Origin: an uncultured Gammaproteobacteria bacterium | Lineage (GTDB): Bacteria > Pseudomonadota > Gammaproteobacteria > Pseudomonadales > UBA5518 | Length of the DNA stretch: 44,117 nt | Direction: 5' to 3' | Assembly: GCA_903921135.1 (NCBI GenBank) | Contig: CAIXOY010000310.1 | Location: 1-44,117 of the forward strand | Part shown: positions 38,418-44,117 of the stretch, in pieces | Layout: every line of letters begins with the position of its first letter | Position numbering within the stretch: position 1 is the first letter of the stretch | Notes under the pieces: generated by a model | What the model saw: the letters and a program-made list of their open reading frames with translations, nothing else | Told to the model about the DNA's origin: nothing | The model's database searches: none | Translations under genes and position numbers: made by a program

Positions 38418-39524
38418 TCATGGCCGATGGGCCCGCGCAAGGTATTCGCGCGACTGCATCTCGATCAGGCGACTCGCCGTGCGCTGGAACTCGAAAGCGA
38501 GTCGCGTGCCGGTATACAGCCCCGCAGGCGGCGCCTCTGCCGAGATCACCAGTTTCACGCTGCGGTCATAGAACTCGTCCACCAGATTGACGAACCGCCT
38601 TGCCGCGTCATCACGCGCGCCGTCCATCACCGGCACGTCGGCCAGCAGTACCGTCGTGAACTCGCGGGCAAGCCATATGTAATCGTTCTGACTGCGCGGA
38701 CCGTCACACAAATCGCGGAAATCGAACCAGGCGGCGTTTTCGCCGAGTTTGCGGGCCCTGATACGGCGCCCCTCCACTTCCATGTCGACATTCTCGCGCG
38801 CGGCGTCGGGCGCCAGGCTCGCAAAGCTGCGCGCAAGACTGCGGTCAGCATCGTCATCCAGAGGGGTATGGTAAAGCTCTGCCTGCTCGAGCAGGCGCAG
38901 GCGGTGATCGACGCCGCCGTCAACGTTCAGAACCCGGGTGTGTCGCTCGAGCAAGGCAATGGCCGGCAGGAAACGCTGGCGCTGCAGCCCGTCACGATAG
39001 AGATTGCAAGGCTCAACGTTCGAGGTGGCCACCAGGGTAACGCCGCGGGCGAACAACTCTTCGAGCAAGCCGGAGAGGAGCATGGCATCCGTGATATCGG
39101 ACACGAAAAACTCGTCGAAGCAGAGCACGCGCGCGCTCTGGGCGATGCGCTCCCCGACGATTTTCAGCGGGTTCTTCTGACCGGTGAGCCCCCGCAATTC
39201 CTGATGTACCTGCTGCATGAACCTGTGGAAATGCGTCCGCTGTCGGGCAGCGAACGGCAGGCTGTCGTAGAACAGGTCCATGAGATGGGTCTTGCCTCGA
39301 CCCACGCCGCCCCAGAGGTAGAGCCCGCGCACGGGCTCTCTCCCGCCGCTGCGGTCACCCCTCAGCGCGGCAACTACGCTGCGCAGGGCACTTGGCTCTT
39401 TGTGCTCGGCCAGCCGGCCCCAGAGGTCCTGCAGCTCGAGGACCGCTTTCTCCTGCGCAAGATCATGTACGAAGCCCGGCCTCTCGAGCTCCGCCCGGTA
39501 GCGTTCGAGAGGGCCTGTGGGCAT
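38418..39524 (-). CDS. zapE: cell division ATPase ZapE (AFG1/YhcM family)
   Basis: 368 aa. Walker A LWGGVGRGKTHLMD. Conserved position next to rplM-rpsI. Confidence 0.92.
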   Translation of the reverse strand: MPTGPLERYRAELERPGFVHDLAQEKAVLELQDLWGRLAEHKEPSALRSVVAALRGDRSGGREPVRGLYLWGGVGRGKTHLMDLFYDSLPFAARQRTHFHRFMQQVHQELRGLTGQKNPLKIVGERIAQSARVLCFDEFFVSDITDAMLLSGLLEELFARGVTLVATSNVEPCNLYRDGLQRQRFLPAIALLERHTRVLNVDGGVDHRLRLLEQAELYHTPLDDDADRSLARSFASLAPDAARENVDMEVEGRRIRARKLGENAAWFDFRDLCDGPRSQNDYIWLAREFTTVLLADVPVMDGARDDAARRFVNLVDEFYDRSVKLVISAEAPPAGLYTGTRLAFEFQRTASRLIEMQSREYLARAHRP

Positions 39525-39668
39525 GAAGGGGGTCCGACCTGAAAGGCGCGAGACTGTAGCGAGCAGCCGCGCGCCGTCGCAACCGCAATTTGCCGCAGCC
39601 CTACTCCGGTTAGCGAGGCCGCGACGCGAGTGGTTATACTCGCGCCGACAAACGTCGAGGGTACGCCG

Positions 39669-40091
39669 GTGTTCAGTGCGTCCGCTTTCTGGCTAACCGC
39701 CGTCGGCTGCCTGCTCGCAGGCGGAGCCATCGGCTGGCTGCTGCGCATCTTCCTCGATCCTTCAGAGCAGAAACTCCGGGACGCCGAAACGCGGCTCCGG
39801 GCGAGTGAAGCGGCGCTGGAAGACTATCGAAAGCAAGTAACAGAGCACTTCCGGGGCACGGCAGACCGCGTCAACAGGCTGACCGAAGACTACCGGGACC
39901 TGCACGCGCATCTGGCGCAAGGCGCGATGGGCCTGTGCACCCCGTCGACCAGCGAAGCGCCCCTCCTCACCAGCCTCTCCGGATCAGGCTCACGCCTCGT
40001 ATCGGGAGCCACCATCAACCCGCCTCTCGATTACGCACCGCCCGCAGACGACGGTGCGCAGGATGAACTCGATCGCCCGAGAGACCTCTGA
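39669..40091 (+). CDS. zapG: Z-ring associated protein G (YhcB/DUF1043 family)
   Basis: N-terminal TM FWLTAVGCLLAGGAIGWLL, then LEDYRKQVTEHFRGTADRVNRLTEDYRDLHAHLAQGA (compare E. coli YhcB LDEYREELVSHFARSAELLDTMAHDYRQLYQHMA). I prefer GTG 39669 (GAGGG 7 nt upstream) because a TATACT -10-like box at 39635..39640 lies inside the track's longer form (start 39630). Confidence 0.8.
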   Translation: MFSASAFWLTAVGCLLAGGAIGWLLRIFLDPSEQKLRDAETRLRASEAALEDYRKQVTEHFRGTADRVNRLTEDYRDLHAHLAQGAMGLCTPSTSEAPLLTSLSGSGSRLVSGATINPPLDYAPPADDGAQDELDRPRDL

Positions 40092-40092
40092 T

Positions 40093-41175
40093 ATGCGCTG
40101 GCAATGGCTGGGATGGCCGGTTGCTGCAGGCCTGCTGGCAGCATTGGTTTTCCTGCATTTCTCTCCCGCGCGTGACGCGCAAGAGCAGTCGGCCTCTGCT
40201 TCATCATGGGCCAGCGCAGTCAGCCGTGCCTCACCCGCGGTGGTCAACATCTACACGAGCAAGGTGGTGCGGCGGCCCTACCACCCGCTGATGGACGACC
40301 CTTTCTACCAGCAGTTTTTCCGCCGCAGTCCAGCCCCGCAACGTGAGCGCATAGAGCGAAGCCTCGGCTCCGGTGTGATCATGTCCGCCGACGGCTACGT
40401 GCTCACCAACAACCACGTGATCGCCGGCGCCACGGAGATACTCGTCCTGCTGTCCGATGGCCGGGAATCCCTCGCGGCGGTCATCGGCTCGGATCCCGGC
40501 ACGGACCTCGCCGTGCTTCGCATAGAACTGCCAGATCTCAAACCCATCACGGTAGGCAACCCTTCCACCGCCCAGGTCGGAGATGTCGTGCTCGCCATCG
40601 GCAATCCGTACGGATTCGAACAGAGCGTCTCGCAGGGAATCATCAGCGCGGTGGGGCGTTTCGGATTGCAACTGAACGCCTATGAGAACTTCATTCAGAC
40701 CGATGCAGCCATCAACCCCGGGAATTCGGGCGGTGCGCTGATAGATGCCAACGGCAACCTCCTGGGGATCAACACGGCCATTTACTCCCGCTCGGGTGGC
40801 TCACAGGGCATCGGGCTCGCCATTCCCGCAGACTCCGCCGCCAAAGTGCTCCAGGACATCGTGCAGCATGGCGAGGTCATCCGCGGGTGGCTGGGAGTTT
40901 CGGTGCAGGGCATGCCAGCGCGTGTTCAGCTGAACGAAGGGGAGCGCAGCGGTCTCGTGGTGAGCGATGTGGACGCAGGCAGCCCGGCATCCCAAGCGGG
41001 CTTGCAGCCTGGAGACCTGCTGATCGCCATCAACGGCCAGTCGGCAGACCAGGGCAGAAGCACGATGCTCCGCATCGGCCTGATGGCACCGGGTGATGCA
41101 TTCAGCCTGGATGTGCTGCGCGGTGAAAAGCGGTTGAAGCTCGACGGCGTGGTGGGCCAGCGCCCCTCCCACTGA
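40093..41175 (+). CDS. degS: periplasmic serine endoprotease DegS/AlgW (single PDZ)
   Basis: Start MRWQWLGWPVAAGLLAALVFL (ATG 40093), 1 nt after the zapG stop. Catalytic-triad contexts TNNHV, DLAVL and GNSGGAL. One PDZ domain. 360 aa. Confidence 0.9.
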   Translation: MRWQWLGWPVAAGLLAALVFLHFSPARDAQEQSASASSWASAVSRASPAVVNIYTSKVVRRPYHPLMDDPFYQQFFRRSPAPQRERIERSLGSGVIMSADGYVLTNNHVIAGATEILVLLSDGRESLAAVIGSDPGTDLAVLRIELPDLKPITVGNPSTAQVGDVVLAIGNPYGFEQSVSQGIISAVGRFGLQLNAYENFIQTDAAINPGNSGGALIDANGNLLGINTAIYSRSGGSQGIGLAIPADSAAKVLQDIVQHGEVIRGWLGVSVQGMPARVQLNEGERSGLVVSDVDAGSPASQAGLQPGDLLIAINGQSADQGRSTMLRIGLMAPGDAFSLDVLRGEKRLKLDGVVGQRPSH

Positions 41176-41185
41176 GAGGCCAGGG

Positions 41186-42289
41186 TCAGCCCGTCGTTTC
41201 CCGCAAGCCAGCGTCGAGCGCGGCAAGCATCCGTGCATTCTCTTCGGCCGTGCCCACACCCAGTCGGAGACAACCGGCAAGGCGGGGATGACCGCCATCA
41301 AGGCACTTGATCAGGACGCCGTGGCGGATCATCGCGGCATGCACGTCTTTAGCGCGGCCGGCCAGCACTCGCACCAGGAGAAAGTTCGCCTCCCCCGGCC
41401 AGAGGTGAAGCCGGGGATCACTACCCAAGATTGATGCGAGCCGCGCACGTTCTGCCGCGATCAGCCGGGTCTGCTCGCGCAGCACCCCGAAATTCTCCAG
41501 CGCGACCTCCGCCGCGATCTGATGGAGCACGCCCACGTTGTAGGGCAAACGCACCTTGTCGAACTCGCCTATCCAGGCGGGATCGCCCACCAGGAAGCCG
41601 AGTCTGAGACCGGCGAGGCCAAGTTTGGACAGGGTGCGCATGATCACCAGATTCGGATGACGATCGAGCCAGTCGAGGTGATCGCGCGAACTGAAGGCCC
41701 AGTAGGCCTCATCGATCACCACAAGTGCGTCCCTGGCGGCTTCGAGGACGCGCTCGAGCGCGCCCGCATCGAAGAGATTGCCGGTAGGATTGTTGGGGCA
41801 CGCGAGGAACAGGAGCCGCGGGCGGTGTTGTGCGATGGCGGCACACATGGCGTCTGCGTCGAGTCCGAAATCCTCGGCCAGCGGCACCTCGTCGTAGGGC
41901 AATCCTGCCCAGCCCGCGAGAACACGGAACATGACGAAAGTGGGCGAAGGCGCCATGACACGCGCCCCGGGCGCTGCGAGCGCCGAGGTGAGTATCTGGA
42001 TGATTTCGTCCGAGCCGTTGCCCGGCATGATGCTCCATCGCCCGGGAATTCCGAAGGCGTCGCGCAGGCGCTGCTGCACACCCGCCGCACGCGGATCGGG
42101 ATAGCGGTTCATCTGCGCATTGGCGAGACGTTCCGCAAGAACTCCGCGCAACTGGGGCGGCCAGCCGTATGGGCTCTCCATCTGGTCGAGGCGGATGAGA
42201 TCCCGCGCGTCCTGTACGTGGTAGGCGGATGCGGCGCGCACGTCCTCGCGCACGAGCAGGTGCGCAAGGGATGCCGCTGCATCATTCAT
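41186..42289 (-). CDS. hisC: histidinol-phosphate aminotransferase
   Basis: Start [25 protein letters not shown] (ATG 42289, ATGA overlap with the hisD stop). PLP-lysine region MRTLSKLGLAGLRLG. 367 aa; the track gives 407 aa. Confidence 0.93.
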   Translation of the reverse strand: MNDAAASLAHLLVREDVRAASAYHVQDARDLIRLDQMESPYGWPPQLRGVLAERLANAQMNRYPDPRAAGVQQRLRDAFGIPGRWSIMPGNGSDEIIQILTSALAAPGARVMAPSPTFVMFRVLAGWAGLPYDEVPLAEDFGLDADAMCAAIAQHRPRLLFLACPNNPTGNLFDAGALERVLEAARDALVVIDEAYWAFSSRDHLDWLDRHPNLVIMRTLSKLGLAGLRLGFLVGDPAWIGEFDKVRLPYNVGVLHQIAAEVALENFGVLREQTRLIAAERARLASILGSDPRLHLWPGEANFLLVRVLAGRAKDVHAAMIRHGVLIKCLDGGHPRLAGCLRLGVGTAEENARMLAALDAGLRETTG

Positions 42290-43599
42290 CAGCGGATCTC
42301 CCTGACACCGGGCCGGGCCGCGGCGGACTCCGCGTGGGCCTGAAGCCCCTCGGCCGTCGCCAGCTCCCGCGAGATGGCGCCAAGCACCGCCGCGCCCCGC
42401 GGGGAGCAACCGATCAGCGAGCTGCGCTTCTGGAAGTCGGCAACGCCGAGCGGCGAGGAAAAGCGCGCCGTGCCGGAGGTGGGCAACACATGGCTGGGGC
42501 CGGCGCAGTAATCGCCGATGGCCTCTGCCGTGTGGCGACCGAGAAACACGGCGCCCGCGTGGCGGATGGACGCCAGCAACGACTCGGGTTCGGCCACGGA
42601 CAATTCGAGATGTTCAGGGGCGAGCCGGTTGCAGATCTCTGCTGCCTGCGCGAGGTCACGCACCTGCACAAGCGCACCACGCGAGGCAAGGGAGGCCGCG
42701 ATGATCTCCCGCCGCTCCATGGTGGGCAGCAAGCGTTCGATGGACGCCAGAACAGCGTCGAGAAACGCGGCGTCGGGGCTGATCAGCACGGACTGTGCGT
42801 CCTCGTCGTGCTCGGCCTGCGAGAACAGGTCGAGAGCGATCCAGTCGGGGTCCGTCTGTCCGTCGCAGATCACGAGGATTTCGGAGGGCCCGGCAATCAT
42901 GTCGATGCCTACCTGACCGAAAACCTGACGCTTGGCCTCCGCCACCCAGGCATTTCCAGGGCCGACGATCTTGTCGACGCGCGGCACCACCGTGGTACCG
43001 AAAGCCAACGCTGCGACCGCCTGCGCCCCACCCACGGTGAAGACACGATCCACGCCGGCGATGCAGGCCGCAGCGAGCACGGCATCGCTCAGTTCGCCGT
43101 CTGGTGCAGGAACGGTCATCACCAACTGGCCAACGCCCGCGACGCGCGCCGGGACGCAATTCATCAGGACGGAGGACGGGTAACTCGCCTTGCCGCCCGG
43201 CACGTACACCCCCGCGCTGTCGAGGGCCGTGACGCGCTGCCCGAGCAAGGTGCCGTCCTCGTCGAGATACTGCCAGGACGACTGACGCTGACGCAGGTGA
43301 TAGGCCTCGATGCGGCGGGCAGCGGATTGCAGCGCCTCACGCAGCGCAGGGGAGACGCGGGCGCAGGCCGCCTCCAGTTCCGCGGCGGGCACCTCGAGCG
43401 CAGACGCGTCCTGCACGGCGCGACGATCGAAGCGGTTCGTGTACTCGAGCAGCGCGGCATCACCGCGGGCACGGATGTCGGCGATCATGCCTGCCACGGT
43501 CTGGGCGATATCGCTGAGGGCACCACCGGGCGCGGCCGCACGCAGTGCCTCGAAGTCGCGCTCGAAGCCCGCGTCACTGGCGTCCAGCCGGCGTATCAC
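42289..43599 (-). CDS. hisD: histidinol dehydrogenase
   Basis: 436 aa. Conserved segments include NRFDRR and [23 protein letters not shown] start overlapping the hisG stop (GTGA). Confidence 0.96.
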   Translation of the reverse strand: MIRRLDASDAGFERDFEALRAAAPGGALSDIAQTVAGMIADIRARGDAALLEYTNRFDRRAVQDASALEVPAAELEAACARVSPALREALQSAARRIEAYHLRQRQSSWQYLDEDGTLLGQRVTALDSAGVYVPGGKASYPSSVLMNCVPARVAGVGQLVMTVPAPDGELSDAVLAAACIAGVDRVFTVGGAQAVAALAFGTTVVPRVDKIVGPGNAWVAEAKRQVFGQVGIDMIAGPSEILVICDGQTDPDWIALDLFSQAEHDEDAQSVLISPDAAFLDAVLASIERLLPTMERREIIAASLASRGALVQVRDLAQAAEICNRLAPEHLELSVAEPESLLASIRHAGAVFLGRHTAEAIGDYCAGPSHVLPTSGTARFSSPLGVADFQKRSSLIGCSPRGAAVLGAISRELATAEGLQAHAESAAARPGVREIR

Positions 43600-44117
43600 G
43601 TGGCGTTGCCCGTCACAGCGGCGAAGCGGGCCACCAGCGCTTTCAGCGGCTCGGGGCGCAATTTCATCGCGGCCTTGTTGACGATCAGGCGGGCGCTCAC
43701 CTCGGCGATGGTCTCGAGCGCCTCGAGGCCGTTGGCGCGAAGTGTGTTTCCCGTATCGACGATGTCAACGATGCGTTCCGCCAGCCCCAGAACCGGCGCG
43801 AGCTCCATGGCACCCGAGAGCTCGATGATGTCGGCCTGTATGCCTTTCGATGCATAGAATCGCCGCGCGATGTTGACGAATTTGGTGGCAACGCGGGCGC
43901 GGGGACCGGGTTCCGGGCTGCCCACGAGCCCGGCCGTCATCAGGCGACAGCGCGCTATGCCGAGATCCAGAAGCTCATACAAGCCATCACTGCCCGCCTC
44001 CATCAGCACATCACGCCCCACCACGCCGGCGTCTGCGGCACCGTGACGTACATACACCGGCACATCGGAACCCCGCAGCACCAGCAAGCGGATACCCGGA
44101 TCGCTGGTGCGGAACAC
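43596..44117 (-). CDS. hisG: ATP phosphoribosyltransferase catalytic subunit, 5' end outside window
   Basis: 173 C-terminal residues: ...[25 protein letters not shown]...[15 protein letters not shown]. This looks like short-form HisG. Confidence 0.93.
   Translation of the reverse strand: MFRTSDPGIRLLVLRGSDVPVYVRHGAADAGVVGRDVLMEAGSDGLYELLDLGIARCRLMTAGLVGSPEPGPRARVATKFVNIARRFYASKGIQADIIELSGAMELAPVLGLAERIVDIVDTGNTLRANGLEALETIAEVSARLIVNKAAMKLRPEPLKALVARFAAVTGNAT

Noticed and set aside
42229-43857. 542-aa plus-strand ORF opposite hisD/hisG
   Set aside because: It is antisense to the conserved histidine biosynthesis genes. High-GC artefact.

Overview
GC-rich (roughly two-thirds G+C by eye, not computed) proteobacterial core-chromosome segment, most likely gammaproteobacterial. 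Nearly every gene is a recognisable housekeeping gene. From memory, the order is collinear with the E. coli / Pseudomonas aeruginosa mutT-argJ-secA ... ftsZ-dcw ... rsmI-lpoA ... sspAB-petABC-rpsI-rplM-zapE ... degS(algW)-hisCDG neighbourhood.

Layout:
- Minus strand, 1..11648: M48 peptidase (partial), lemA, an APH-like kinase, an acyl-CoA dehydrogenase, ilvD, mutT, argJ, secA, an M23 peptidase.
- Plus strand: a lone DUF1348 gene.
- Minus strand, 29076 down to 12359: the complete dcw cluster mraZ-rsmH-ftsL-ftsI-murE-murF-mraY-murD-ftsW-murG-murC-ddl-ftsQ-ftsA-ftsZ. It is packed very tightly, mostly with ATGA/GTGA stop-start overlaps.
- Minus strand: RNase P RNA (rnpB), then rsmI.
- Plus strand, divergent: lpoA-yraN-diaA-like.
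- Minus strand: sspB, sspA, the cytochrome bc1 operon, rpsI, rplM, zapE.
- Plus strand: zapG(yhcB)-degS.
- Minus strand: hisC, hisD, hisG (partial).

Many ORF-track entries are over-extended at the N-terminus (ilvD, ftsZ, ftsA, ftsQ, murC, ftsW, mraY, ftsI, ftsL, mraZ, rpsI, hisC, lpoA, diaA-like, degS). I re-set those starts from homology, stop-start coupling and Shine-Dalgarno (SD) spacing. The long opposite-strand ORFs are typical high-GC artefacts.

I see no transposase, integrase, tRNA, CRISPR array, toxin-antitoxin pair or defence-island signature. I therefore cannot support a claim that this window holds a novel system; it looks like an ordinary core region. The observations most worth a second look are:
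- cytochrome b and c1 encoded as one uninterrupted ORF;
- a textbook Pmra promoter plus a triple AAAGTGG MraZ operator, lying inside what the ORF track translates as mraZ coding sequence;
- an rnpB promoter whose extended -10 is built from the rsmI stop codon;
- an AT-rich palindrome cluster between rnpB and Pmra;
- a split ACAD10/11-like (LvaA/LvaC-like) kinase + dehydrogenase pair;
- the absence of lpxC and dolP from their canonical syntenic slots.
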